Part shown: positions 1-15,800 of the stretch, in pieces | Layout of the letters: the number at the start of each line of letters is the position of its first letter | Position numbering within the stretch: position 1 is the stretch's first letter | Origin: the human T2T-CHM13v2.0 reference genome, Homo sapiens | Assembly: GCF_009914755.1 (NCBI RefSeq) | Contig: NC_060940.1 | Direction: 5' to 3' (one strand) | DNA length: 64,000 nucleotides | Notes under the pieces: model-generated | The model's database searches: none | Told to the model about the DNA's origin: nothing | The model's input: only the letters and a program-made list of their open reading frames with translations | Made by a program: the position numbers and the translations under genes

Positions 1-217
1 ATTTGATGTTGATTCAATTCGATTCTATTCGATGATGATTCCATTGGATTTCACTTGATGATTCTATTCGATTCCATTCAATGATGATTCACTTCTCGTC
101 CATTGGATGATTCCATTTCATTCCATTCGATGATGATTCCATTCGATTCCATTCGATGATTCCATTTGATTCCATGCGACGGTGAGCAATTCGATTCAAT
201 TCCATGATGATTCTATT

Positions 218-228
218 TGATTCAATTA
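218..228 (-). promoter_or_regulatory. Candidate DUX4 binding motif TAATTGAATCA (further copies at 11500, 18639, 34886, 44812, 58268; variant TAACTGAATCA at 34070, 57452)
   Basis: The + strand reads TGATTCAATTA, and its reverse complement matches the DUX4 consensus TAAYBBAATCA. DUX4 binding and activation of HSATII is established. Occupancy of these particular sites is not shown. Confidence 0.45.
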
Positions 229-1562
229 GATGATGTTTCCATTCGAATCCATTCCATGATTATTCCATTGGAATCCATTTGGCGATGAATCCATATGAGT
301 CAATTCAATGATGATTCCATATGGGTCCGTTCGATGATAATTCCATTTGATTTCATTCAATGCTTCTATTCTATTCCAGTCGTTGATGATTCCGTTGGAG
401 TCCATACGATGATTCCATTTGATTTCATTTGATGATGATTCCATTCGATGATGATTACATTGGATTCCATTCTATGATTCCATTCAATTCCATTCGTTGA
501 TGATTCGATTCCATTCAATGATGATTCCATTTGAGTTCATTCGATGATTCTATTCGATTCCGTTCGATGGTGATTCAATTCTATTATATTGGAGGATTCC
601 ACTCGATTCCATTTGATGATTATTCCATTGGAGTCCACTTAGTGAATCCTTTAGATTCTACTCGAAGATGATTCCATTCGAGTCCATTCAATGATACCAT
701 TCAATTTCATTCGTTGATGCTTCCATTCAAGTGCATTCGATGATATCATTCGATTCCATTTGATGATAATTCCATTTGATTCCATGCGATGATTCTATTC
801 GATTCCATTCAATGATAATTCCATTCAATTCAGTGATTCCTCTGGACTCCATTTGATGATGATTCCATTCAATGATTCCATTCGATTCTATTCGAAAATG
901 ATTCCATTTGAATCCATTTGATGATGATTCCATTAGATTCCATTTGATGATTCCATTCGATTGCATTTGACGATGATTCCATTCGATTCCATTTGATGAT
1001 TCCATTCTATTCTATTCGATGATGATTCCATTCGATTCCATTTGATGATGATTGGATTCGATTCCATTTGATGATTTCATTTGATTCCATTCGTTAATGA
1101 TTTCGATCAACTCCATTCGATGATTCCATTTGATTCCATTCGATAATGATTACATCCGAGTCCATTCGATGATTCCATTTGAGCCCGTTCGATAATTCCA
1201 TTTGAGTCCAATCAATGATTCCATTCATTTCCATTCAATGATTCCATTCGAGTCCATTTGATCATTCTGGTAGGGTCCGTTCGATGTTGATTCCATTGGA
1301 GTGCATTCGATGATTCCATTCGAGTCCATTTTATGATTTGATTCGAGTCCTTTCGATGATTCCATTCGATTCCACTCGATGATGATTTCATTCGAGTCCA
1401 TTCGACACTTCCAATCGATTCCATTTGATGTTTCCATTCGAGTCCAATTGATGATTCCATTCAATTCCATTCGATGATGATTCCGTACGATTCCATTCTG
1501 TGATGATTCCATGTGATTGCATTCCATGATGATTCCTTTCGATTGCATTCGATTATGATTCA

Positions 1563-4500
1563 TTTCGTGTTCATTCTATGGTTCCACAGGTTTCCATTCG
1601 ATGACGTTTCCGTTCGTGTCCATTCCATTATTCCATTCTATTTCATTTGATGATGATTCCATTCGATTCCATTCATTGGTGATTCCACTCAATTCCATTC
1701 AATGATTCCATTCCATATCTTTCAACAATGATTCCATTAGTTTCTATTCGATGATCCACTTGATTCCATTTGGCGATGATTCCATTCGTGTCCATTCGAT
1801 GATTCCATTTGATTCCATATGATGATGATTCCATTCGATTCCATACCATGATGATTCCATTCGGGTCCATTCAATGGTGATTCCATTCAATTCCATTCGA
1901 TGATTCCTTCCGATTCCATTCGATGATGATGGCATTCGATTCCTTTCAATCATTCCCTTTGATTCCATTCAAAGGTGATTTCATTCAAGTCCATTCGATA
2001 ATTGCATTCGATTCCATTCTATGATGATTCCATTCGAGTCCATTTGATGATTCCATTCAATTCAAGTCAATGATGATTCCATTCAATTCCACTCGATGAT
2101 TCCATTGGATTCCATTCGATGATGATTCCATTCAAATCCATTCGATAATTCAATTCAAGTCCATTCGATGATGATTCCAATCGAATCCATTCAAAGATTC
2201 CATTCAATTCCATTCGATGATGATTCCCTTAGATTCCATTCGATGATTCCACTTGATTCCATTTACGATGATTCCATTCGATTCCATGTGATGAATCCAT
2301 TCAATTCTATTCAATGATGTTTCCATTTGATTCCATTGGACCATGATTGCCTTTGATTCCATTCAATGATTCCATTCGGTTCCATTTGATGATGATTCCG
2401 TTCGATTCCATTTCATTATTCCATTTGATTCCATTGGATGAGTCCATTCGATTACATTCGATGATTATTCCATTCGAGTGCATTAGATGATTGCATTCGA
2501 GTCCATTCGATGATTCCATTCGATTCCATTCGATGTTGATTCTGTTCAAATCCATTCGATGATTCCACTCCATTCCAATCGATGACTCCATTTGATCCCA
2601 TTCGATGATTTCCTGTGATTCCCTTTGATGATCATTCTATTTGATTCAATTCGGTGATTTCATTTCATTCCATTCAGTGATGTTTCCATTCGACTGTATT
2701 CGATGATGATTCCATTCGACTCCATTCGATTATGATTTCATTCAATTCCATTCAATAATGATTCCCTTCGAGTCCATTCGATGATTCCATTCGATTCCAT
2801 TCAACGATGATTTGATTCGTTTCCATTCGATGATTCCATTTGATTCCACTTGATGATGATTCCATTCGAGTCCATTTGATGATTCCATTCGAGTCTATTT
2901 ATGTATTATATTCGTGTCCACTTCATGATTCCATTCAATTCCATTTAATGTTGATTCCATTTGATTCCATTTGATGATTCAGTTCGATTCCTTGCAATGA
3001 TTCCCTACGATTCCTTTCTATGATGATTCCATTCGATTCCATTCATTGATGATTTCATTCGACTCCATTCGATGATGATTCCTTTCGATTCCATTTGACG
3101 ATGTTTCCATTCGAGTCCATTCGATGATGATTCTATTCAATTCTGTTCTATTATGATTCCATTCGATTTCATTCAATGCTTCTATTTGATTCCATTCGAT
3201 GATGATTCCATCTCTTTCCCTTCGATGATTCCATTTGATTCCATTCAGTGATGATTCCATTTGATTCCATCTGATGATGATTTCACTTGATTCCTTTCAA
3301 TGATGATTCAATTCAAGTCCATTCGATGATTCCATTGGAGTCCAAACGATCATTCCGTTCGATTCCATTCAATGGTGATTCCATTCATGTCCATTCGATG
3401 AATCCATTCAATTCCATTCGATGATGACTCCATTCGAGTACATTCGATGATTCCATTTGATTCCATTTGAAGATGATTCCATTCAATTCCATTCGAAGAT
3501 GATTCCATTCAATTCCATTCGATGATGATTCCGTATGAATCCATTCTCTGATTATTCCATTCGATTCCATTCATTGACGATTCCATTCAATTCCATTCAA
3601 TGATGATTCTCTTCTATTCCATTCGATGATTCCGGTCGATTCCATTCGATGATGATTCCATTAGATTCCATTCGATTGTTGCATTCGATTCCCTTCGATG
3701 ATGATTCCTTTGAATTCCATTCGATTATCATTCCGTATGAATCCATTTGATGATTATTCCATTGGATTCCTTTCGATGATGATTCCATTCGATTCCATTT
3801 GATGATGTTTCTCTTGTATTCCATTGGATAATTCCTTTCAGTTCCCTTCGATGATTATTCTTTCGAGTCAATTCGATGATTCTATTCCATTCCCTTCGAT
3901 GATGATTCCATTTCACTCCATTTGATGATTCCATTCGACTCAATTTGGTGATGATTCAATTCGATGACATTCGATGACTCCATTCAATTTCATTTGATGA
4001 TGATTACATTCGAGTCCATTTGATGATTGTATTCCTTTCCTTTTGATGATTATTCCATTCGTGTCTATTCAAAGGTTCCATTCTATTCCATTCAATGATG
4101 ATTGCATTTGATTCCATTCAATGATTATGGCTATCGATTCCACTCGTTGATTCCATTTGATTCCGTTCGATGATTATTCCGTTAGATTCCATTAGAAGAT
4201 TCCATTCGATTTTATTCAATGATTCCAATGGATTCCATTCAATGATGATTCCATTCGACACCATTCAGTGATTCCATTCGAGTCCATTTGATGATTCCAT
4301 TCTTTTGCATTTGATGATGATTCCATTAGGGTCCATTCAATGATTCCATTCGAGTCCATTCGTTAATGCCTTTCGAGTCCTTTTGATCACTACATTCGAG
4401 TCCATTCAATGATTCTATTCGATTCCATTCCATGATGATTCCATTCGAGTTCATTCGATGATTGCATTCGAGTCCATTTGATGATTCCATATGATTCCCT

Positions 4501-5690
4501 TCGACAATGATTCCATTCGTGTCCATTTGACGATTCCATTCATTTCCTATCGATGAAGATTCCATTCAAGTGTATTCGATGATTCCATTCAAATCCATTC
4601 GATGATGATTCCATTCCAGTCCATTCGATCATTCCACTTGATTCCATTTGATGACTATTCCATTCAAATCCATTTGATGATTCCATTCGATTCCATTCGA
4701 TGTTACCATTCGAGTATACACGATGATTCCACTCGATTCCATTTGATGATTATTCCATTGGAGTCCACTTAGTGAATCCTTTAGATTCTACTCGAAGATG
4801 ATTCCATTCGAGTCCATTCCATGATACCATTCAATTCCATTCGTTGATGCTTCCATTCAAGTACATTCGATGATATCATTCGATTCCATTTGATGATAAT
4901 TCCATTTGATTCCATGCGATGATTCAATTCGATTCCATTCAATGATAATTCCATTCAATTCAGTGATTCCTCTGGACTCCATTTGATGATGATTCCATTC
5001 AATGATTCCATTCGATTCTATTCGAAAATGATTCCATTTGAATCCATTTGATGATGATTCCATTGGATTCCATTTGATGATTCCATTCGATTCCATTCGA
5101 TGATGATTCCATTCGATTCCTTTTGATGATTCCATTCTATTGTATTCGATGATGATTCCATTCGATTCCATTCGATGATGATTGGATTCGATTCCATTTG
5201 ATGATTTCATTTGATTCCATTCGATAGTGATTTCGATCAATTCCATTCGATGATTCCATTCGATTCCATTCGATAGTGATTACATCCGAGTCCATTCGAT
5301 GATTCCATTTGAGCCCGTTCGATAATTCCATTTGAGTCCAATCAATGATTCCATTCATTTCCATTCAATGATTCCATTCGAGTCCATTTGATCATTCCGG
5401 TAGGGTCCGTTCGATGTTGATTCCATTGGAGTGCATTCGATGATTCCATTCGAGTCCATTTTAGGATTTGATTCGAGTCCTTTCGATGATTCCATTCGAT
5501 TCCACTCGATGATTTCATTCGAGTCCATTCGACACTTCCAATCGATTCCATTTGATGTTTCCATTCGATTCCAATTGATGATTCCATTCAATTCCATTCG
5601 ATGATGATTCCGTACGATTCCATTCTGTGATGATTCCATGTGATTGCATTCAATGATGATTCCTTTCGATTGCATTCGATTATGATTCAT
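1563..5690 (+). repeat. Higher-order unit 'A' (4127 bp), copy 1
   Basis: Interval between successive landmarks (MNHNRMQSKG ORF starts at 1563 and 5690, next to ggttccacaggtttcc). The same 4127-bp spacing recurs at 46157-50284. Confidence 0.85.
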
Positions 5691-8600
5691 TTCGTGTTCA
5701 TTCTATGGTTCCACAGGTTTCCATTCGATGATGTTTCCATTCGTGTCCATTCCATTATTCCATTCTATTCCATTTGAAGATGATTCCATTCGATTCCATT
5801 CATTGGTGATTCCACTCAATTCCATTCAATGATTCCATTCCATTTCTTTCAACAATGATTCCATTAGTTTCTATTCGATGATCCACTTGATTCCATTTGA
5901 CGATGATTCCATTCGTGTCCATTCGATGATTCCATTTGATTCCATATGATGATGATTCCATTCGATTCCATACGATGATGATTCCATTCGAGTCCATTCA
6001 ATGGTGATTCCATTCAATTCCATTCGATGATTCCTTTCGATTCCATTCAATGATGATGGCATTCAATTCCTTTCGATCATTCCCTTTGATTCCATTCAAA
6101 GGTGATTTCATTCAAGTCCATTCGATAATTGCATTCGATTCCATTCTATGATGATTCCATTCGAGTCCATTTGATGATTCCATTCAATTCAAGTCAATGA
6201 CGATTCCATTCGATTCCACTCGATGATTCCATTGGATTCCATTCGATGATGATTCCATTCAAATCCATTCGATAATTCAATTCAAGTCCATTCGATGATG
6301 ATTCCAATCGAATCCATTCAAAGATTCCACTCAATTCCATTCGATGATGATTCCCTTAGATTCCATTCGATGATTCCACTTGATTCCATTTACGATGATT
6401 CCATTCGATTCCATGTGATGATTCCATTCAATTCTATTCAATGATGTTTCCACTTGATTCCATTCGAACATGATTGCCTTTGATTCCATTCAATGATTCC
6501 ATACGGTTCCATTTGATGATGATTCCATTCGAGTGCATTAGATGATTCCATCCGAGTCCATTCGATGATTCCATTCGATTCCATTCGATGTTGATTCTGT
6601 TCAAATCCATTCGATGATTCCACTCGATTCCATTCGATGACTCCATTTGATCCCATTCGATGATTTCCTTTGATTCCCTTTGATGATCATTCCATTTGAT
6701 TCAATTCGGTGATTTCTTTTGATTCCATTCAGTGATGTTTCCATTCAACTCCTTTCGATGATGATTCCATTCGACTCCATTCGATTATGATTTCATTCAA
6801 TTCCATTCGATAATGATTCCCTTCAAGTCCATTCGATGCTTCCATTCGATTCCATTCAACGATGATTTGATTCGTGTCCATTCGATGATTCCATTTGATT
6901 CCATTTGATGATGATTCCATTCGAGTCCCTTTGATGATTCCATTCAATTCCATTCTCCGATGATTTCTTTTGAGCCCATTCAATGCTTCCACTCGATTCC
7001 ATATGATGATGACTCCATTTGATGAAATTCCATGATGATTCCATTCGCTTGCATTCGATGATGATTCCACTTGAGTCCGTTAGAAGATTCTATTCAATTA
7101 CATTCCATGACGATTCTGTCCGAGTCCATTTGATGATTCCATTAGACTCCATTCGACGATGATTCCATTCGATGTTATTCGTTGATGATTCCATTCAACT
7201 CCATTCGAAGTTTCCATTCGAGTTCATTCTATTATTCCATTAGATTCCATTCGATGATGATTCCATTCGATTCCATTTGATGATTGCATTCTATTTCATT
7301 TGATGATGATTCCATTCGAGTCCATTCGATGATTCCATTCGAGTCCATTTAATGAATCCATTGGTTTCAATTCTATGATGATTACATTGGATTCCATTCG
7401 TTGATGATTTCATTCGATTCCATTCAATGATGATTCCATTCAATTCCATTCAATGATTCCATTCAATTCCATACGATGATGATTCCATTGGATTTGATTC
7501 GACAGTGAGCCATTCGATTCAATTCCATGATGATTCTATTTTATTCAATTGGTTGACATTTCCATTCGATTCCATTCGATGATGATTCCCTTTGATTCCA
7601 TTCAAAGCTGATTCCATTCTAGCCCATTCAATCATTCCATTCGATTCTATTCAATGATGATTCCATTCATGTCGATTTGGTGATTCCATTTGACTTCATT
7701 TGATGATGATTCTTTTCAAGTTCATTAGATGATTCCATTCGATTCCATTTGATGATGATCCCATTCGAGTCCATTTGATGATTCCACTCGTTTCCATTCC
7801 ATGATGATTCCATTCCATTCCATTCAATGATTCCATTCGATTCCGTTTGATGATGATTTCATTCGAGTCCATTTGATGATTCCATTTGATTCCATTCGAT
7901 GATGATTACATTCGAGTCCATACGATGATTCCACTCAATTCCATATGATGATGATTCCATTCGATTCCATTCGATGATTCCACTTGATTCCATTTACGAT
8001 GATTCCATTCGATTCCATGTGATGATTCCATTCAGTTCTATTCAATGCTGTTTCCATTTGATTCCATTCGACCATGATTGCCTTTGATTCCATTCAATGA
8101 CTCCATTCGGTTCCTTTTGATGATGATTCCGTTCGATTCCATTTCATTATTCCATTTGATTCCATTGGATGAGTCCATTCGATTACATTCGATGATTATT
8201 CCATTCGAGTGCATTAGATGATTCCATTCGAGTGCATTCGATGATTCCATTCGATTCCATTCGATGTTGATTCTGTTCAAATCCATTCGATGATTCCACT
8301 CGATTCCATTCGATGACTCCAGTTGATCCCATTCGATGATTTCCTTTGATTCCCTTTGATGATCATTCCATTTGATTCAATTCGGTGATTTCATTTGATT
8401 CCATTCAGTGATGTTTCCATTCGACTCCATTCGATGATGATTCCATTCGACTCCATTCGATTATGATTTCATTCAATTCCATTCGATAATGATTCCCTTC
8501 GAGTCCATTCGATGATTCCATTCGATTCCATTCAACGATGATTTGATTCGTGTCCATTCGATGATTCCATTTGATTCCACTTGATGATGATTCCATTCGA

Positions 8601-11600
8601 GTCCATTTGATGATTCCATTCAATTCCATTCTCCGATGATTTCTTTTGAGCCCATTCAATGCTTCCACTCGATTCCATATGATGATGACTCCATTCGATG
8701 AAATTCGATGATGATTCCCTTTGATTCCATTCAAAGATGATTCCATTCTAGCCCATTCAATCATTCCATTCGATTCTATTCAATGATGATTCCATTCATG
8801 TCGATTTGGTGATTCCATTTGACTTCATTTGATGATGATTCCTTTCAAGTTCATTAGATGATTCCATTCGATTCCATTTGATGATGATCCCATTGGAGTC
8901 CATTCAGTGATTCCACTCGTTTCCATTCCATGATGATTCCATTCCATTCCATTCAATGATTCCATTCGATTCCGTTTGATGATGATTTCATTCGAGTCCA
9001 TTTGATGATTCCATTGGATTCCATTCGATGATGATTCCATTCGAGTCCATTCGATGATTCTATTCGAATCCATTTGATGATTTCTTTTGATTATAGTTGG
9101 TGATGATTCCATTGGAGTCCATTCAATGATTCCATTCGATTCCAATCGATGGTGATTCCATTAGAGTCCATTTAACGATTCCATTTGATTCCAGTCTCTG
9201 ATGATTACATTCGAGTCCATACGATGATTCCACTCAATTCCATATGATGATGATTCCATTCTATTCCATTCGATGATTCCATTCTATTCTATTCAATGGT
9301 GATTCCATTCGAGTACATTAGATGATTCCATTCGATTCCATTCAATGATGATTCTATTTGTGTCCCTTAGATGGTTCCACATGATTCCATTTCATGATGA
9401 TACTATTTGAGCCCATCCAATGACTCCCTTCGATTCCATTCGATGAGGATTCCATTCGATTCAATTCATTGGTGATTCTATTCAATTCAATTCTTTGATT
9501 CCATTCCATTCCATTCGACAATGATTCCATTCGATTTCTTTCGATGATTCCACTCGATTCCACTTGACATTGATTCCATTCGATTCCATTCAATGATTCC
9601 GTTTGATTCCAGTGGATGATGATTGCCGTCGATTCCATTCGATCACTCCATTCTATTCCATTTGATGATGATTACATTCGATTCCATTTGATGATTCCAT
9701 CTGATTCTATTCGAGGATTCCATTTGATTCCATTCGATGATGATTCCATTCGAGTGCATTCGATGATTTCATTCGAGTACATCCAATGATTCCATTCGAG
9801 TCCATTTGATGATTCCATTTGATTCAATTTGATTATGATTCTACTAGAGTCCATTCAATGACTCCATTCGAATCCATTCAACAATTCCATTCGAGGCCAT
9901 TCGATGATTCCATTTCATGATTCCATTCGAGTCCATTTAATCATTACAGTCGAGTCCATTTGGTGATTCCACTGGATTTCTTTTGATAATGATACCATTC
10001 AATTACATTTGATGATGATCCCATTCAATTTCATTTGATGGTGATTCCATTAGAGTCCATTCGATGATTTCATTCGAGTCCCTTCATTGATTCCATCCGA
10101 TTTCATTGGATGATGACTCCATTCGAGTCCATTCGATGATTCCACTCGATTCCATTAGATGACTCCATTGGAGTCCATTTGATTGTTCCATTCGATTCTA
10201 TTCGATTCCTTTCGAAGATTATTCCATTTGAGTCCATTCGATGATGATTCCATTCCATTCCATTCGATGATTCCGTTTGATTCCATTCGATGATTCCCTT
10301 CGATTCCTTTCTTTGATGATTCCATTCCATTCCATTCAATGATTCCATTCGAATCTATTCCATGATGATTCCTTTCGATTCCATTCGCTGATGTTTCCGT
10401 TCAATTCCATTCGATGATGATTCCATTCGATTCCATTCATTGAGGATTCCATTTGATTCCATTCAATGATGATTCCGTTCTATTCCATTCAATGATTGCA
10501 TTCAATTCCATTCAATGATTATCCCCTTAGAGTAAACTCAACGATTCCATTCAATACCATTCGATGATGATTCCTTTTGAGTCCATTCAATGATTTCATT
10601 CAAGTCCATTTGATGATTCCTTTCAATTCCATTCTATGATGATTCCATTCGAGTCCATTCGATGATTCCATTCGATTGCATTCGATGATTCCATTATATT
10701 CCATTCAACGATGATTCCATTCGAGTCCATTCGATGATTCCATTAGAGTACATTTAATGATTGCTTTGTTTTCAATTCGAAGATGATTACATTGGATTCC
10801 ATTCTATGATACCATTCGATTCCATTCAATGATGATTCCACTCAAATCCATTGGATGATTCCATTCGTGTCCATTCGGTGATTTCATTAGATTCCATTCG
10901 AGGATGATTCCATTCGATTCCATTCGATGATTCCATTCAATTCCATTCGATGATGATTCCATTCCAGTCCATATGATCATTCCATTTGATTTCATTCGAT
11001 GATGATTCCATTCGATTCCATTCGATGATTCCATTCTATTCCATTCGATGATGATTCCATTCGAGTCCATTCGATGATTCCATTCGAGTCCATTTAATGA
11101 TTCCATTGGGTTCAATTCAATGATGATTACATTGGATTCCGTTCTATGATTCCATTCAATTCCGTTCATTGACTATTTGATTCCATTCGATGATGATTCC
11201 ATTTGAGTTCATTCGATGATTCTATTCGATTCTCTTCGATGGTGATTCAATTCTATTATATTGGATGATTCCATTCGATTCCATTTGATGTTGATTCAAT
11301 TCGATTCTATTCGATGATGATTCCATTGGATTTCACTTGATGATTCTATTCGATTCCATTCAATGATGATTCACTTCTCGTCCATTGGATGATTCCATTT
11401 CATTCCATTCGATGATGATTCCATTCGATTCCATTCGATGATTCCATTTGATTCCATGCGACGGTGAGCAATTCGATTCAATTCCATGATGATTCTATTT
11501 GATTCAATTAGATGATGTTTCCATTCGAATCCATTCCATGATTATTCCATTGGAATCCATTTGGCGATGATTCCATATGAGTCAATTCAATGATGATTCC

Positions 11601-12845
11601 ATATGGGTCCGTTCGATGATAATTCCATTTGATTTCATTCGATGCTTCTATTCTATTCCAGTCGATGATGATTCCGTTGGAGTCCATACGATGATTCCAT
11701 TTGATTTCATTTGATGATGATTCCATTCGATGATGATTACATTGGATTCCATTCTATGATTCCATTCAATTCCATTCGTTGATGATTCGATTCCATTCAA
11801 TGATGATTCCATTTGAGTTCATTCGATGATTCTATTCGATTCCGTTCGATGGTGATTCAATTCTCTTATATTGGATGATTCCACTCGATTCCATTTGATG
11901 ATTATTCCATTGGAGTCCACTTAGTGAATCCTTTAGATTCTACTCGAAGATGATTCCATTCGAGTCCATTCGATGATACCATTCAATTCCATTCGTTGAT
12001 GCTTCCATTCAAGTGCATTCGATGATATCATTCGATTCCATTTGATGATAATTCCATTTGATTCCATGCGATGATTCTATTCGATTTCATTCAATGATAA
12101 TTCCATTCAATTCAGTGATTCCTCTGAACTCCATTTGATGATGATTCCTTTCAATGATTCCATTCGATTCTGTTCCAAAATGATTCCATTTGAATCCATT
12201 TGATGATGATTCCATTAGATTCCATTTGATGATTCCATTCGATTCCATTTGACGATGATTCCATTCGATTCCATTTGATGATTCCATTCTATTCTATTCG
12301 ATGATGATTCCATTCGATTCCATTTGATGATGATTGGATTCGATTCCATTTGATGATTTCATTTGATTCCATTCGTTAATGATTTCGATCAACTCCATTC
12401 GATGATTCCATTGGATTCCATTCGATAATGATTACATCCGAGTCCATTCGATGATTCCATTTGAGCCCGTTCGATAATTCCATTTGAGTCCAATCAATGA
12501 TTCCATTCATTTCCATTCAATGATTCCATTCGAGTCCATTTGATCATTCTGGTAGGGTCCGTTCGATGTTGATTCCATTGGAGTGCATTCGATGATTCCA
12601 TTCGAGTCCATTTTATGATTTGATTCGAGTCCTTTCGATGATTCCATTCGATTCCACTCGATGATGATTTCATTCGAGTCCATTCGACACTTCCAATCGA
12701 TTCCATTTGATGTTTCCATTCGAGTCCAATTGATGATTCCATTCAATTCCATTCGATGATGATTCCGTACGATTCCATTCTGTGATGATTCCATGTGATT
12801 GCATTCAATGATGATTCCTTTCGATTGCATTCGATTATGATTCAT
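5690..12845 (+). repeat. Higher-order unit 'B' (7155 bp), copy 1
   Basis: Landmark spacing 5690 to 12845. Its ORF barcodes are repeated at +7139. Confidence 0.85.
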
Positions 12846-15800
12846 TTCGTGTTCATTCTATGGTTCCACAGGTTTCCATTCGTGTCCATTCCATTATTCC
12901 ATTCTATTCCATTTGATGATGATTCCATTCGATACCATTCATTGGTGATTCCACTCAATTCCATTCAATGATTCCATTCCATTTCTTTCAACAATGATTC
13001 CATTACTTTCTAATCGATGATCCACTTGATTCCATTTGACGACGATTCCATTCTTGTCCATTCGATGATTCCATTTGATTCCATATGATGATGATTCCAT
13101 TCGATTCCATACGATTATGATTCCATTCGAGTCCATTCAATGGTGATTCCATTCAATTCCATTCGATGATTCCTTAAGATTCCATTCGATGATGATGGCA
13201 TTCGATTCCTTTCAATCATTCCCTTTGATTCCATTCAAAGGTGATTTCATTCAAGTCCATTCGATAATTGCATTCGATTCCATTCTATGATGATTCCATT
13301 CGAGTCCATTTGATGATTCCATTCAATTCAAGTCAATGACGATTCCATTCGATTCCACTCGATGATTCCATTGGATTCCATTCGATGATGATTCCATTCA
13401 AATCCATTCGATAATTCAATTCAAGTCCATTCGATGATGATTCCAATCGAATCCATTCAAAGATTCCACTCAATTCCATTCGATGATGATTCCCTTAGAT
13501 TCCATTCGATGATTCCACTTGATTCCATTTACGATGATTCCATTCGATTCCATGTGATGATTCCATTCAATTCTATTCAATGATGTTTCCACTTGATTCC
13601 ATTCGAACATGATTGCCTTTGATTCCATTCAATGATTCCATACGGTTCCATTTGATGATGATTCCATTCGAGTGCATTAGATGATTCCATCCGAGTCCAT
13701 TCGATGATTCCATTCGATTCCATTCGATGTTGATTCTGTTCAAATCCATTCGATGATTCCACTCGATTCCATTCGATGACTCCATTTGATCCCATTCGAT
13801 GATTTCCTTTGATTCCCTTTGATGATCATTCCATTTGATTCAATTCGGTGATTTCTTTTGATTCCATTCAGTGATGTTTCCATTCAACTCCTTTCGATGA
13901 TGATTCCATTCGACTCCATTCGATTATGATTTCATTCAATTCCATTCGATAATGATTCCCTTCAAGTCCATTCGATGCTTCCATTCGATTCCATTCAACG
14001 ATGATTTGATTCGTGTCCATTCGATGATTCCATTTGATTCCATTTGATGATGATTCCATTCGAGTCCCTTTGATGATTCCATTCAATTCCATTCTCCGAT
14101 GATTTCTTTTGAGCCCATTCAATGCTTCCACTCGATTCCATATGATGATGACTCCATTTGATGAAATTCCATGATGATTCCATTCGCTTGCATTCGATGA
14201 TGATTCCACTTGAGTCCGTTAGAAGATTCTATTCAATTACATTCCATGACGATTCTGTCCGAGTCCATTTGATGATTCCATTAGACTCCATTCGACGATG
14301 ATTCCATTCGATGTTATTCGTTGATGATTCCATTCAACTCCATTCGAAGTTTCCATTCGAGTTCATTCTATTATTCCATTAGATTCCATTCGATGATGAT
14401 TCCATTCGATTCCATTTGATGATTGCATTCTATTTCATTTGATGATGATTCCATTCGAGTCCATTCGATGATTCCATTCGAGTCCATTTAATGAATCCAT
14501 TGGTTTCAATTCTATGATGATTACATTGGATTCCATTCGTTGATGATTTCATTCGATTCCATTCAATGATGATTCCATTCAATTCCATTCAATGATTCCA
14601 TTCAATTCCATACGATGATGATTCCATTGGATTTGATTCGACAGTGAGCCATTCGATTCAATTCCATGATGATTCTATTTTATTCAATTGGTTGACATTT
14701 CCATTCGATTCCATTCGATGATGATTCCCTTTGATTCCATTCAAAGCTGATTCCATTCTAGCCCATTCAATCATTCCATTCGATTCTATTCAATGATGAT
14801 TCCATTCATGTCGATTTGGTGATTCCATTTGACTTCATTTGATGATGATTCTTTTCAAGTTCATTAGATGATTCCATTCGATTCCATTTGATGATGATCC
14901 CATTCGAGTCCATTTGATGATTCCACTCGTTTCCATTCCATGATGATTCCATTCCATTCCATTCAATGATTCCATTCGATTCCGTTTGATGATGATTTCA
15001 TTCGAGTCCATTTGATGATTCCATTTGATTCCATTCGATGATGATTACATTCGAGTCCATACGATGATTCCACTCAATTCCATATGATGATGATTCCATT
15101 CGATTCCATTCGATGATTCCACTTGATTCCATTTACGATGATTCCATTCGATTCCATGTGATGATTCCATTCAGTTCTATTCAATGCTGTTTCCATTTGA
15201 TTCCATTCGACCATGATTGCCTTTGATTCCATTCAATGACTCCATTCGGTTCCTTTTGATGATGATTCCGTTCGATTCCATTTCATTATTCCATTTGATT
15301 CCATTGGATGAGTCCATTCGATTACATTCGATGATTATTCCATTCGAGTGCATTAGATGATTCCATTCGAGTGCATTCGATGATTCCATTCGATTCCATT
15401 CGATGTTGATTCTGTTCAAATCCATTCGATGATTCCACTCGATTCCATTCGATGACTCCAGTTGATCCCATTCGATGATTTCCTTTGATTCCCTTTGATG
15501 ATCATTCCATTTGATTCAATTCGGTGATTTCATTTGATTCCATTCAGTGATGTTTCCATTCGACTCCATTCGATGATGATTCCATTCGACTCCATTCGAT
15601 TATGATTTCATTCAATTCCATTCGATAATGATTCCCTTCGAGTCCATTCGATGATTCCATTCGATTCCATTCAACGATGATTTGATTCGTGTCCATTCGA
15701 TGATTCCATTTGATTCCACTTGATGATGATTCCATTCGAGTCCATTTGATGATTCCATTCAATTCCATTCTCCGATGATTTCTTTTGAGCCCATTCAATG

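Noticed and set aside
7100-7107. TEAD/MCAT motif ACATTCCA (also in paralogous copies)
   Set aside because: It is within one or two substitutions of the satellite consensus and so expected by chance. Dense TEAD platforms are described for HSat3, not for this CATTCG-dominated array.
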